Position numbers and translations under genes: made by a program. A stretch of DNA of 64,000 bases from a virus (Duplodnaviria; Caudoviricetes), in the IMG/VR virus record IMGVR_UViG_3300036976_000011, positions 1 to 64,000 of that record; one strand, written 5' to 3'. Every line of letters begins with the position of its first letter. Within the stretch, counting starts at the first letter, position 1. A model generated the notes under the pieces. It was given only the letters and a program-made list of their open reading frames with translations. It ran no database searches and had not been told where the DNA came from. Of this stretch, positions 28,469 to 38,599 are shown piece by piece.

Positions 28469-29432
28469 TCTTTGCTATCCTTTGGGCAAAGCGCCAGAAC
28501 CCCAAGGCGTTCGCCCATACCGGCTCACTCACGACGCGAGCGTGCCGGAAATGCGCCTTGATCTGGTCGCCCATCAAGAGCGCACCCCCCCCGGTGATAA
28601 GCACGGCGTCAATGCTAGCCGCCCCGTTCCACAACTGCGTTGCTTCAGCTATGACCTGCTCGGCTAGGGGAGCAACGGCCTCATCAACGACAGTCCCTAG
28701 GCTTACCGGTTCACCGTAGTATTTCACCTGGCGCTCCTGAATAACTTTCACGACCTGGTGGTCTCTCAGGTCCAGGTCGGGGCACTCGTCAGTCAAGTGA
28801 GCTTTAATAGCCCTCGCCACGTCCCAAGCCCCCACGCTGACGGATGAGGTTTCCCGACCGATCTCCTCAAGATTATCCACGCTGAGAATGTTGGTCGTCT
28901 TTCCGCCGATATCAATAACGCCAACGCGACCGGTCGCCAAAGCCGTGTCAACGATGCGTCCTGAATCATTGAGCGCCTGAGACAAAAGTACACCAAACGG
29001 CTGCGGAATGACGCGCACATCGCCCACATTGAACATCTGCCGATTGCGCCCATCTCGCTGAACACGGTGGCTCCCAATCAGGCGGTCACGCACGGTGTCT
29101 TTATCGTTGTAGAATGCCACAGGCAGACCGGTGACGATAATTGCCCCAACGGACGACGCTGTCAGTTCCGTAAGTGCCGATAGCACCAAGTGATACCACT
29201 CCAATCCAGCGATCCAGTGCCGGTCCTCTCTGCGCTTCAAGTGTCGGCTTTGTCGAATAGCACCATCACCAACCAGTACGTGGTCTGGTTCTCTCAAAAT
29301 AATGCTCTCGGCCATTCCATTCACCGAAAAACGCGCCTGGTCCGGCGTCCCCACCACGGACGGGAACGACGTGCGCCGGTCGCCCGCGATGGCTTTCACT
29401 GCGCTGTATCCTACGTCTAGGCCGATGTTCAT
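28455..29432 (-). CDS. parM: ParM/StbA actin-like partition ATPase
   Basis: IGLDVGYSAVK, VTGLPV, IPQPFG, VIDIGGKTT, LITGGGA, NALGF. Confidence 0.93.
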   Translation of the reverse strand: MNIGLDVGYSAVKAIAGDRRTSFPSVVGTPDQARFSVNGMAESIILREPDHVLVGDGAIRQSRHLKRREDRHWIAGLEWYHLVLSALTELTASSVGAIIVTGLPVAFYNDKDTVRDRLIGSHRVQRDGRNRQMFNVGDVRVIPQPFGVLLSQALNDSGRIVDTALATGRVGVIDIGGKTTNILSVDNLEEIGRETSSVSVGAWDVARAIKAHLTDECPDLDLRDHQVVKVIQERQVKYYGEPVSLGTVVDEAVAPLAEQVIAEATQLWNGAASIDAVLITGGGALLMGDQIKAHFRHARVVSEPVWANALGFWRFAQRIAKNESG

Positions 29433-29971
29433 GCCGCATACCTCTTGTATAGCTTTTCGGCAAACTCAAAAACTTCCTGTTCTGCGTCCTCGCAGTCGTT
29501 GAATAGACCGACGATGTGCATTATAGCGTCGAGGTGCTCGTGAGAATAATCCTCATTTACCACGTAGCGATTGAGCCAATCTAGCATCGAGTCACGGGAA
29601 TCGCCAAAGCCAAGCGGGCCATCTGAATATGACCATGCCCCAAGCCGCACCTCTAGCCACGCCATGTAGGCCTTGCACTCATCCTCTGTTCCCGTGGATA
29701 GGGTAACGCCACCCGACACGATAGCCCAGCTCTCTGGCGCGCCAGACTCTTTTCTCATGGCGATTAGCCTGCTGGATACGTCAAGTAGGTTTCCGGCCTT
29801 TGTCCTGATAAACATCTCTCTCCCCTCTGCCCCGCCCAATCCAGCCGGGCGGGGCTTGCGCGTTTTGAGCCTAGAACGGAATGTTGCCCTGGTCCTGTGG
29901 ATTCTCGCCAGGCGCGCCGCCGTTAAGATCGGCGTTGCCGCCGTTGTCCGGCAGGCCATCGTCAAACTCAA
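29429..29971 (-). CDS. hypothetical protein (start probably MFIR near 29815)
   Basis: GGAGAGAG RBS. Confidence 0.55.
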   Translation of the reverse strand: MSLTMACRTTAATPILTAARLARIHRTRATFRSRLKTRKPRPAGLGGAEGREMFIRTKAGNLLDVSSRLIAMRKESGAPESWAIVSGGVTLSTGTEDECKAYMAWLEVRLGAWSYSDGPLGFGDSRDSMLDWLNRYVVNEDYSHEHLDAIMHIVGLFNDCEDAEQEVFEFAEKLYKRYAA

Positions 29972-30737
29972 CGACCAGGCGGCCCTCTTGGTACATCGTT
30001 TCGAACTCGACCTGAAGGGCGCGGATTTCGACTTGCTCCTTCAAATCCAGAGTGCGCCCACGTGAGCAAGCGTACTCAATCCACTGCCGTGAACCGTTGT
30101 CACGCTCCACCGTGGTCAAGACGATGGACTTGGGGGCCTTGGGGTTCAAGCGCCGCATGTACGTGGTCAGCTTTTGGGATGCTTTCATGCTCGTCCGCTG
30201 CATCGTGAGGATGACGGGTTCGAGAGAGTCGTCCTCAATTACTACCACCAGAAAGTTGCGCTGGCGCGTGCAGCGTGGGGCGTCACGGTCGCCAGTCTGA
30301 AGATTTTCGTTCCACAGTGCAAACGGACACACGTCTTTGTTTCCCTGCGAGCATGGCCCGGCCTGCTGATTGGTCAAGCGGCGCCGGTCACTCTGCGTTG
30401 GGGTAAGCCCATCATCACTGGCGCAAAGTGGTTCGTTGTTGGCGTCGTACTCTTCAGGCCACATGACGCGAGTATTAGGCAATTCGCGCAAGGGGAACAT
30501 TTCCAGCCCGCTGGGGTAGACAACGCCCAGCTCAACGTTGACGATAGAGCCAGCATCCGTGGGCGTGCCATCATCTAGCTTGACGGGACGGTTGCGCTGG
30601 CTGATCCGCAAGCGGGGCGGCCTGGCCGTGTCCTCTGGACGTAGGTTATCCTGCCACCCCTGGTCCACGGTAAGCGGCCCCAGGGTCTCAAGCTGCTCCT
30701 GAAGAGCCTTTTGTTCAGTTACGGTCAATTTGTTCAT
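29871..30737 (-). CDS. putative ssDNA-binding/recombination protein
   Basis: Acidic C-tail ending IPF; C.S.DG..P..C..CP..W...C pattern. Confidence 0.55.
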   Translation of the reverse strand: MNKLTVTEQKALQEQLETLGPLTVDQGWQDNLRPEDTARPPRLRISQRNRPVKLDDGTPTDAGSIVNVELGVVYPSGLEMFPLRELPNTRVMWPEEYDANNEPLCASDDGLTPTQSDRRRLTNQQAGPCSQGNKDVCPFALWNENLQTGDRDAPRCTRQRNFLVVVIEDDSLEPVILTMQRTSMKASQKLTTYMRRLNPKAPKSIVLTTVERDNGSRQWIEYACSRGRTLDLKEQVEIRALQVEFETMYQEGRLVVEFDDGLPDNGGNADLNGGAPGENPQDQGNIPF

Positions 30738-31293
30738 CTTACAGATTCTCCTAGGTATAGATTAGCTTTTGCGGTCAAGGCTTCTAGCCTCGCCCGCAGG
30801 TTACGGATGTTGTTGTAAATAAGACGCTTTTCTTCTTCAATTTGCGATAGCTCTGCCTCCTTTATGAGCCTAGCCTTTTCGGCCTGGCGCATGTCTAACA
30901 GGGTTGCTTGGTACGCCTCATTTTCAGAAAGGGCGATGGCAACACTGGCCTTGCGCTGCTCTGCGTTCTTACCCTCGCTTTTCATGACGGCCTCAGCCTG
31001 GGCAACCTCTATTACCTCTTTATATCCCAGGACCACATCCTTCAGCCCAATGATTTCGACTTGCAGGGCGTGAATCTTGGCAGGGAAGCCCGCCAGCCGG
31101 TTCTGCGAGTGCATCATGTCAGTTACGATGGCGTCAGCCTCGTCTGTGCTAGGCGCGCCACTCTTTTGCAATTCCACGAGCTTGGCGTCTATCCCCGCTG
31201 CCCATTCCATGTGTTCGCCCCACAGTTGCCCCAGAGCGTCGAGGCGCTGGTGAGGGTTCTTGCCCTGGCCGTTGAGCCATTCTTGTTCATTCA
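30734..31293 (-). CDS. coiled-coil protein
   Basis: MNEQEW...EGKNAEQRKA. Confidence 0.6.
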
Positions 31294-31997
31294 TCGAGCC
31301 ACCCCGCGAATTTTTCCCTAGACCACGGATTGTCCATCCAGGACGTGTCGGGGAGGGGGAGTTGTAGGCACTCACGGACGGTCAAGAGCCGCTCAACCGG
31401 CTCCCAGTTGTCTTTGCCCTTCTTTGAAATCCAACGTATCTGGGACGCGCTTTCGATATTCAGCGCCACGTCTAGCGTCAAGCGAGCGTCCTGCTCGCAG
31501 TATGCCAGGACGCGCTCTTGATCCTCGCGTGTTCCGAGCCAATCCGACGCGGCCTTGCTACCATCCATGCCCTCTGTCTTGCTGCCTAGGCCAAAGCCTT
31601 TGGCGAGGGCGTTCAGGCCAACGGGAAAGCCGCGCTGGCAGAACATTTGGAAGCAAGGGTCATAGTGGTCAAGGGCCAATCCGCGCAGATTTCTATAGAT
31701 ATCTGTGTCCCTGCACTCCTCAGCCATCACGCGCAGGTCAAAGCCCGCAGAGTTGATACCAACAACTTTAAAACCGGCACAGGCGTAGCTCATCAGGTCA
31801 ATGGCGAGGGCGCGCACGTCGCTACCCTCCATGCGTAAAGCGTAACTCCCATTGGGCTGAACTGAGCCACAGTAGTGCCTGGGATCGTTGCCCTCAGCCT
31901 GAAAGACCGTACAGGTGATTCCGAGGGCATAATTGCCCTCATGCGCACTTGGCGGGGCCTGCGCGGTCTCGATGTCGAAAGCTAGCCATTTACTCAT
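31287..31997 (-). CDS. RNase H-fold 3'-5' exonuclease (YprB/PolB-exo-like)
   Basis: AFDIET, GINSAGFD, LNALAKG.GLG.K, YCEQD. Confidence 0.8.
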   Translation of the reverse strand: MSKWLAFDIETAQAPPSAHEGNYALGITCTVFQAEGNDPRHYCGSVQPNGSYALRMEGSDVRALAIDLMSYACAGFKVVGINSAGFDLRVMAEECRDTDIYRNLRGLALDHYDPCFQMFCQRGFPVGLNALAKGFGLGSKTEGMDGSKAASDWLGTREDQERVLAYCEQDARLTLDVALNIESASQIRWISKKGKDNWEPVERLLTVRECLQLPLPDTSWMDNPWSREKFAGWLDE

Positions 31998-32304
31998 CTT
32001 GCACCATCCCTTCCAGCATCCCCAGGGCGGTGATGCGCTCCCTGGCGGCCAGGCGGCTGACCGTGCCGTCGAAGGTCTCCCGACCGTCGCGGAAGTCGGT
32101 CAGGATGGCGGCGATTTCGGCGTTGCCGTTGGTGATGGCGAGGTAGGTTTTGATGGCCTCGCGGATCACGTCGCTTTTGAACGCCCTGCGCTTTGCCGCA
32201 ACGAGCCGCAGGGCGTCATCGTCGTCTTGGGTTATTTTACAGGTTACGGTTACTGTGCCCATAGTGCCCCCAGGAAAAGCCCAATCGCTAGCAGCGCCAC
32301 CCAA
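31990..32304 (-). CDS. CopG/RHH regulator (start probably near 32262)
   Basis: VTVTCKIT..DDDALR..A......KSDVIREAI. Confidence 0.7.
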   Translation of the reverse strand: MGGAASDWAFPGGTMGTVTVTCKITQDDDDALRLVAAKRRAFKSDVIREAIKTYLAITNGNAEIAAILTDFRDGRETFDGTVSRLAARERITALGMLEGMVQDE

Positions 32305-32421
32305 ATTGCCAGGTACATCCCGTTTCGTCTTTCATCTCCCTCGCGCCACTGGGCAACAAAGGCTATCAAGCCTGATAGGGCCATCGCTACGCAGGCCGCG
32401 ACAATAAAAAAAGTCCCCATA
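32250..32421 (-). CDS. small two-TM membrane protein
   Basis: MGTFFIVAACVAM..., AAGGAG RBS. Confidence 0.55.
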
Positions 32422-32457
32422 ATTTCTCCTTTCTTGATAGTGTAATAAGGCAATAGA

Positions 32458-32486
32458 ATAATACCACAATACCAGGTTCCTGTCAA
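32458..32486 (-). promoter_or_regulatory. sigma70 promoter for the recombination/partition block
   Basis: TTGACA-17-TATTAT. Confidence 0.85.
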
Positions 32487-32502
32487 TACTCCCCAGGAAT
32501 TT

Positions 32503-32982
32503 CTAACCAATTTCAGGTATTTCGTTTATCGCCCACTCCCAAGCCTGAGCAACCTTCCTCAATTCGTCACAGGTCTCGAAAAGGGCGATGGGCCAAGACT
32601 TTCTCTCCGTTTGCGCCCTAAATTCTGCCAGGAGTGAGAATGGTATAGCCCAGACCCGCCCTCTTTGCCCTTCCCGGCCAGCAAAGCCGTAATAGTTCAC
32701 CAGGACGTAGGTCAGGACGCCGCCCTGGGAACACTTTTCCAGGGCGGTCCATTGGTGGTCGGGGAAGCGAGAGAAGGGTAAAGATTTGCCCTTGAGAGAC
32801 TTGCACTCGACGACGAGACCGCGACCGCCTTGCATGTAGCAATAGAAATCTATCGGTGATTGGTTCGTGAATCGGTCGCGTTGTGCGGGGGGCACGTCGT
32901 AGGGGCGATAGAAGAAGGCTATCTCCGGGTGGGTGGATAGCATCTTGGATATTTCGGATTCGAGGCGTTTGGAGCGTTTCAT
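32503..32982 (-). CDS. recU: RecU-like Holliday junction resolvase
   Basis: SPIDFY..GGRGLVVECKS...FS.F.DHQ..L. Confidence 0.75.
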   Translation of the reverse strand: MKRSKRLESEISKMLSTHPEIAFFYRPYDVPPAQRDRFTNQSPIDFYCYMQGGRGLVVECKSLKGKSLPFSRFPDHQWTALEKCSQGGVLTYVLVNYYGFAGREGQRGRVWAIPFSLLAEFRAQTERKSWPIALFETCDELRKVAQAWEWAINEIPEIG

Positions 32983-33257
32983 TAGCCCTCGCGCGCCTCT
33001 TGACTTGGTAGCGTGCTCCTGAATGCGTCAATGTCACATCTGTGCATGGGCGGCTCCACCCCGGCCCAGTGAGTAGCCCCGTTAACGAATTTGCTGCCAC
33101 AGATTTCTTTGTGAATCCAGTAGAAATTATAGCCGTCATAGGTCGCCAGGCCCATACCATCACTTGGAGAATAAATCAGAACCGTTTGCTTCTCATGAGG
33201 CACATCCTCGCTTGCGTCTATCCACTTAATCATTAAACTCCTCCATAAACTCATCAA
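32982..33257 (-). CDS. DUF551-like protein
   Basis: KWIDASEDVP..QTVLIY...ATHWA..EPP. Confidence 0.75.
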   Translation of the reverse strand: MMSLWRSLMIKWIDASEDVPHEKQTVLIYSPSDGMGLATYDGYNFYWIHKEICGSKFVNGATHWAGVEPPMHRCDIDAFRSTLPSQEAREG

Positions 33258-33504
33258 GCGGTATCATTTCCGTCGCGGTCTCGTGGGCTTGGGCGAGGAT
33301 GCGAGCGTCCCCACATAGCTCGCAAAAGAATTGACCGCGAGGGCCGTAATCCCATTCAGTTTTTCCGCAGTCGGCGCACTGAGCACGGCGGGGTAGGCCG
33401 TGGGCGCACCAGGAGAGGTAGCCGAGGATGGTGGTTAGAAATTGCTTCATGGGTGTTATCCTGACTCGCCGTGCTCGAAGCGGGCAGAGCGGGCGGCGCG
33501 ACAC
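33226..33504 (-). CDS. zinc-ribbon hypothetical protein
   Basis: CADCG..CELCG. Confidence 0.55.
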   Translation of the reverse strand: MSRRPLCPLRARRVRITPMKQFLTTILGYLSWCAHGLPRRAQCADCGKTEWDYGPRGQFFCELCGDARILAQAHETATEMIPLDEFMEEFND

Positions 33505-34175
33505 GCCTCATCTCTTTTTTCCCAATCAAACCCCGCTAGCATAAAGGGAAAATCATATTCAACATCAAACACTTTCTCAATGTCAATGAATGTGTTACCT
33601 TTGTGGAATCCCAATCTAACTGTCCAATAGTGCATATTTTCGCACCACAAATTTATCCTCACTGCCCCACCACGACCCGCCCATGCGGAATAGTCATCAC
33701 AATCAATCTTTACAACGTTGCCGATATGCACATATCCAAAAAGGCATACTGGGCAATGCAACATTCTTCCCCAATCGCCATAGGAATAGTTATCGGGGTC
33801 ATTTTTTTGCCCAATCATGCGCTCGGGCCAATTCTCATCTATTTGAATCTCTCGCTGCGCTCCGCCCCAATCAAAGTTAGATTCCTGGCCTGGAGCCGGT
33901 ATATCTCCTACAAGAACAACGTCTTTCCCTGAAGCATTGCGCAATGCGACGATTTTTTTGTAATCCTCATGATTGCATTTACCGCCCTTTACTTCTACCC
34001 ACATATCTCGATTTGGCAACCAAAAATCCGGCAAGTACCATACACCATCTAAATCAAAGCCCTCTGATTCATACTGATATTCTACTGCCAATGCGTCGAA
34101 TAGGTAAGCCCATCGCGCTTCAAGACGTGAGCGGAAGCGATAGCCGTTGTATTTTGTTTCAATTGCCTTAATCAT
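33456..34175 (-). CDS. PD-(D/E)XK nuclease-like phage protein
   Basis: IETKYNGYRFRSRLEARWA..FD..YE.EGF..YLPDFWLP..WVEVK. Confidence 0.85.
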   Translation of the reverse strand: MIKAIETKYNGYRFRSRLEARWAYLFDALAVEYQYESEGFDLDGVWYLPDFWLPNRDMWVEVKGGKCNHEDYKKIVALRNASGKDVVLVGDIPAPGQESNFDWGGAQREIQIDENWPERMIGQKNDPDNYSYGDWGRMLHCPVCLFGYVHIGNVVKIDCDDYSAWAGRGGAVRINLWCENMHYWTVRLGFHKGNTFIDIEKVFDVEYDFPFMLAGFDWEKRDEACRAARSARFEHGESG

Positions 34176-34194
34176 TTTGCATTTTCTCCTTTTT

Positions 34195-34327
34195 TGTGTA
34201 GGGTTGTGTAGGGTTAACCCCCCTTATAACTTTTGACAAAAACTAAAAAAAAATTAAGATTTTTTCTAACGCTTATAAAAGTTCTGGAAAACCCTGCATA
34301 CACTACACAACCCTACACACCCTACAC
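34195..34327. other. putative replication origin
   Basis: TGTGTAGGG x2 facing CCCTACAC(A)-type copies across an A/T-rich core, right after the primase-helicase gene. Confidence 0.6.
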
Positions 34328-36258
34328 TAAATGGGCGGCAACTCCTGAGTCAATAGCCCAACCCCATGATACCAAACCCCGCTGCCGGCCCGCTTCTTTC
34401 TAAAGCCGATTCGTACCCAGTCAGAGGCAACCCGTGTCATTGACTTATATCTGTGCCCCGTCTCTGAGCACCACTGCTTATAGGCTTCATAAAGTTGCTT
34501 GCCGCTGACTTTATAATCTGCTCCCTCTATACACATATCGTCAATGAAGGCGCGTTCAACATCGTTACTCTCTCGGTAGGCCGCCGTTGCGTCCTCAATT
34601 TCCGGCGACTGCGCCCAACCGCTTTCTTCCAGGTCACGTAAGCCCCCAAGAGACCAGTTGAGAATGCCAGGCAGTTCGGAGATTAACTTATCCTTCAGGT
34701 TGACATCAGCCGCTTGGCCGTTGCGTCCAAAACAGGCACGAAAGGGAACGACCTTGACCCTGCGCCAGAACCCCTCGCTTGTGTCCGCTACCTTTGGTGG
34801 ATTGTTCATCGCCCACCAGATTTTGCATTCTGGCGTCAACTGAAAGGATTCTTTATATGGTGCTCTAACGGATGTTCTATCGCCGCTAATCAAGCCTTTT
34901 AGAATTGAGTCGGCAACCTTCAGGCCGACCGGGCTTTCAGAGCACAGCACCACTCTGACACCAGGCAGGTTGGCGAGTTGGTACGTGTCCCGTTCTAGCA
35001 TTCCGAGATTGAGGGACATTGACGCTGTGCCGCTCATTTCAGAGAGCACGCGCAAGAGTGTACTTTTCCCATTCGCGCCGTCGCCCTGCAACCAAAATGA
35101 GATTTCGTATTTCGTCCAAGCAGTGAGGGAGTAGCCAAAGGCTTGACGCATGAAATGAATCATCGTCTCGCATGGTTGGCCGTCCCTATCAATCAAGACC
35201 TGGTTCAAAAAATCAAGCCAGCGTGGACATTCCGCGTTCTGACTATAGTCAAAAGGCAGTTGTGTTGTCAAATATAGATCATAGCTCGCCGGTCTCATTT
35301 CGCCCGTAGCAATGTCCAGTACGCCATTGGTCAAGTTGATCCACTCTGGATGGGCGTCCACGGCACTTTCTGGCACTCCCATCATAGAATGCCCTTGTAG
35401 CCGCTCCTCAATGCTTGCCCGCTTGTGCTTCGACGGTGTAACGTCAAGGTCTTTCATGGCAATCATTTGGTCCCATATCTCATCTGTCGTGTCGCACTGG
35501 TCAGACCAAACGCCGCAATCGTCCCACTTGTACCATCTGGCGCGAGTATACATTCTCCGATTTTCGTGTTTTGCCTTGAAAGCATCGGCTATCATGTCAT
35601 CAGTCGCCTTTGGCTTGATGGCCCTTTTAAGCTGTCGCTTTGAGGCGTTCCACATCTTCAAAATAGATGTGCGTGCATTTTTTAGCAGGGGGGGATGTCG
35701 CTCTATTTCGTCAATGACGGTGTGTATTTCAAGCTCTCCAAGCGCACCGCATTTTGAGACTATCGCCCGCGTCATGGCCGCTATGGGTGGCTCCTCTGCA
35801 CTTGGGTCAGTCGCTTTCTTTAGCCAAAAGGTCGCCTGTACCGTTCGCAGTTCTTCAAGTTGAACCATGATTTCAGGGAGTTTGTAGGCTTTTGGGGCAT
35901 CTTTAGATTTCGTCTTTGACTTCTTTTTCTTCTCTAGCCCTATCACATCCCATGCGCTTTGCCCCGTCACCCCCGCGCACGTATTATGATGACAGTGATA
36001 AATCGCCGCGCCAGACGAAAAGACCTGGAAACCGTAACCAGTACCGCCATGATCTCCCGTCAAACAACCACCATCTGTGATTTCGTAATAATCAAAGTCA
36101 GATTGCTTTTTTAGGCTATACTGACGCCCCTTGTTCTTGAGATACTTCTTGATTTCTTCAACGATGTCAGTCGAGTCGCCCCGCTCACCGCTCCGCGACT
36201 CAGGTTTGCTTTTCAGCGCCGCCACCTGTCGCATGAGTTCAATCGTCAGAGTTTGCAT
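34327..36258 (-). CDS. P4/D5-family primase-associated SF3 helicase
   Basis: INLTNGVLD, WLDFL, FGYSLT, GDGANGKST, KGLISGD...APYK, MNNPP, FWRRV..PF. Confidence 0.93.
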   Translation of the reverse strand: MQTLTIELMRQVAALKSKPESRSGERGDSTDIVEEIKKYLKNKGRQYSLKKQSDFDYYEITDGGCLTGDHGGTGYGFQVFSSGAAIYHCHHNTCAGVTGQSAWDVIGLEKKKKSKTKSKDAPKAYKLPEIMVQLEELRTVQATFWLKKATDPSAEEPPIAAMTRAIVSKCGALGELEIHTVIDEIERHPPLLKNARTSILKMWNASKRQLKRAIKPKATDDMIADAFKAKHENRRMYTRARWYKWDDCGVWSDQCDTTDEIWDQMIAMKDLDVTPSKHKRASIEERLQGHSMMGVPESAVDAHPEWINLTNGVLDIATGEMRPASYDLYLTTQLPFDYSQNAECPRWLDFLNQVLIDRDGQPCETMIHFMRQAFGYSLTAWTKYEISFWLQGDGANGKSTLLRVLSEMSGTASMSLNLGMLERDTYQLANLPGVRVVLCSESPVGLKVADSILKGLISGDRTSVRAPYKESFQLTPECKIWWAMNNPPKVADTSEGFWRRVKVVPFRACFGRNGQAADVNLKDKLISELPGILNWSLGGLRDLEESGWAQSPEIEDATAAYRESNDVERAFIDDMCIEGADYKVSGKQLYEAYKQWCSETGHRYKSMTRVASDWVRIGFRKKRAGSGVWYHGVGLLTQELPPI

Positions 36259-36968
36259 TTCTCTACCTCGTTTAGCAACAAGTGGGAGCGTCGGTGTATG
36301 CGCCCAAGCTCTGGTGAATGGTCGCCCTTGCGCGCCATTGTTCCGTACAGCTTTATACAGCGAGCAGCGTTTTTCAGAGTCACGTCAAAGTCAACCGTTT
36401 TAGTGGTGAATCTCTCTTGAAGCGTGGTATAAATATCGGCTATGAGTTTTGAAGATTTGTCATCGTTAGGAAGGTCTGGAAGTCTGTAAAGCCAGTGTCC
36501 GCCGTTGCCACTCATGGCGCGCAGGGGGGACGGCCACCCATTCAATTCTAGCCACTCCGCGCACCTTTCGCCCTGTTCAAGTGACGCGGCAAGCTCCTCG
36601 TCCGTAGCACTTATGCCAGTCGGTCGCACGGGGTCAAAGTCGAGAGTGAGCCAGCGTCTTACAAGAATCTCTTTATCCTTGGTAAATCCGCCCCTTTTCT
36701 GATAGTGCTTTAGCTGATTGTTCGCTCTGGCCCTACAATCAGAGTGAACCGGGTTCGGAATGATCCACACCGCTTCAGCCTTTCCGTCCACGCTCGCAAC
36801 GGCGCGGGCCAGGGTCACTGGGTCGGTAAAGTATCCAACCGTGCTACCCTTGTACCCAATAGCCCGAACTTCCACGGTATCCCCCGGCAAGATGAAAAGT
36901 CGCGCCACCTCTGTTACATAGTCAACGTCGTAGGGAGTTCGTGCGTGGAAGTCTTTGGGGTCAAACAT
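36246..36968 (-). CDS. primase (AEP/prim-pol-like)
   Basis: LTLDFDP, SGNGGH.LY, FDVTLKNAAR..KLYGT. Confidence 0.75.
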   Translation of the reverse strand: MFDPKDFHARTPYDVDYVTEVARLFILPGDTVEVRAIGYKGSTVGYFTDPVTLARAVASVDGKAEAVWIIPNPVHSDCRARANNQLKHYQKRGGFTKDKEILVRRWLTLDFDPVRPTGISATDEELAASLEQGERCAEWLELNGWPSPLRAMSGNGGHWLYRLPDLPNDDKSSKLIADIYTTLQERFTTKTVDFDVTLKNAARCIKLYGTMARKGDHSPELGRIHRRSHLLLNEVEKCKL

Positions 36969-37164
36969 AATCGCTCCTAAAACAAAAAACGCCCACTATC
37001 TAACGTCCCCCGGAAACTGCACGGGGAGGGACGCCCCCAGGGGGGCGTTAGATACTGAGCGTTTTCGGCTTGAGTTCAGGTTCATAGCAGTTTCCTATTT
37101 TATTCACAGGCACAGGCGTCCCATTCCCGCGCCGCCAGCGGGCCAGCCCGCCAAGTTTAGTATA

Positions 37165-37593
37165 TCAAAATCGTCGTCGCTTGTCAAACCGTCTTTGTCT
37201 TGCCCTCACCATCTCCCGCCACTTTAACCTCTCCTCAAGCCCCACCGCGAACTCAACCACGGCCTCACTCGCAGCCGGCGGCGGCCAAGACGCCAGCGCA
37301 TAAACTGGCCTCTCGACCCGAACTATCCTATGCCTTTTCCCCTTGCACCCAGGATACCACTCACAAGACAGAAAGGGTCCATATTTGCCCGACCGCTCTA
37401 CCATCTTGCCCCCACAGGCGAGGCAAAGTGGCTCTTGTGCTGGCTCTGTCCCGATTTCTTTCCAGCGCAACCAATGACCCTGGGGGCAGAGGAAGCGGGC
37501 GAACGGAGCGAGGTGATAAGGGTGCGCGGGGAGGGGCTGGGCGCAGAGAGGGCAGGCGAGGGGGATGGAAGGAAGCTCGATGCTGTCTGTCAC
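37165..37593 (-). CDS. topoisomerase zinc-ribbon-containing protein
   Basis: CLACGGKMVERSGKYGPFLSCEWYPGC. Confidence 0.7.
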   Translation of the reverse strand: MTDSIELPSIPLACPLCAQPLPAHPYHLAPFARFLCPQGHWLRWKEIGTEPAQEPLCLACGGKMVERSGKYGPFLSCEWYPGCKGKRHRIVRVERPVYALASWPPPAASEAVVEFAVGLEERLKWREMVRARQRRFDKRRRF

Positions 37594-37638
37594 TGACTCA
37601 ACTCCTTTACCACCCGAACAGCGCCAGTTGCCCGGCGC

Positions 37639-37839
37639 TTACTGAACCAGCAAATTTAAATAGGCGCACAATAGTCCAGGAATTACCACAACAAGCACAA
37701 AAATACTAGCGGCAATGTATGAAATCGTTACGATGTTCATGACTGCATTAACTATACCTGATTCAACAAATGAATCAATCATGCACTCTGTAACTTTTGC
37801 AACATTTGTGACATTAAGCATTTTTCGGATCTCGGCCAT
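37639..37839 (-). CDS. small membrane protein
   Basis: GAGGAG RBS, C-terminal transmembrane helix. Confidence 0.5.
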   Translation of the reverse strand: MAEIRKMLNVTNVAKVTECMIDSFVESGIVNAVMNIVTISYIAASIFVLVVVIPGLLCAYLNLLVQ

Positions 37840-37851
37840 TGATCTCTCCTC

Positions 37852-38110
37852 TCAAAAACAAAAAGCCTTCTGTTCTTTCGTGGACAGGTGACGATCTTCT
37901 GCCCCATGTCCAGTCTCGACCCACGCCAAAAAATCCACAATGACCTCACTCGCTATCGTAAAGTCAAGGTCAATATCACGTTCTGGTATAGGCCATGCCA
38001 TATACTCTGGCTTGACTTCTCTGCCTTGTGCCAGCATTGTGTCGCGCCATGTTTTCCATACCGTGTACGCGCCATTGACCCTGGCATATTCGTGAATTTC
38101 CTTTGCGTTC
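37852..38110 (-). CDS. hypothetical protein
   Basis: AGGAG RBS; MNAKEIHEY. Confidence 0.6.
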
Positions 38111-38283
38111 ATGATTTCTCCTAAAACAAAAGACGTTCTCTGGCCTGTACCGTTGGCCGTTGGCAAGCTCTCCTAGCTAGAGAAAAACCGGTCAACGGTC
38201 CAGACCAAAAAACGCCTTTGCTACGCTATCTCTGCTAGACGGGCTTGCCATTCCCGCTGCGCTTCTTTTGCTCGCGCATTTCT

Positions 38284-38312
38284 ATCTTACACCATTCCGG
38301 CGTCGCTGTCAA
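38284..38312 (-). promoter_or_regulatory. sigma70 promoter for the replication block
   Basis: TTGACA-17-TAAGAT. Confidence 0.8.
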
Positions 38313-38320
38313 GGGGTAAA

Positions 38321-38542
38321 CTAGACAACGCCTTGGTTCTCTGACCAATCTCTAACGGTGTCCTCACCAAGAAATTTAGCTATAGTCTTATCTATAGCTG
38401 ATTGAAGTTTCGTCTGACAGGCGTCACACAAATGGCATCGCTGTGATCTGTTCGCACTATCAAAATATGAAAATCTCTTGTTGCAGAAAGTATAGGAGTT
38501 TGAACTTTCATAATCGCATTTCTCACATTTTATGATTATCAT
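38321..38542 (-). CDS. zinc-ribbon hypothetical protein
   Basis: CEKC..CHLCDAC. Confidence 0.6.
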   Translation of the reverse strand: MIIIKCEKCDYESSNSYTFCNKRFSYFDSANRSQRCHLCDACQTKLQSAIDKTIAKFLGEDTVRDWSENQGVV

Positions 38543-38599
38543 TTGTCTTTCCCCTCAAAAGCAAAAACCGCTCAAGTCTGGCTGTGCAGCAAGATATAT

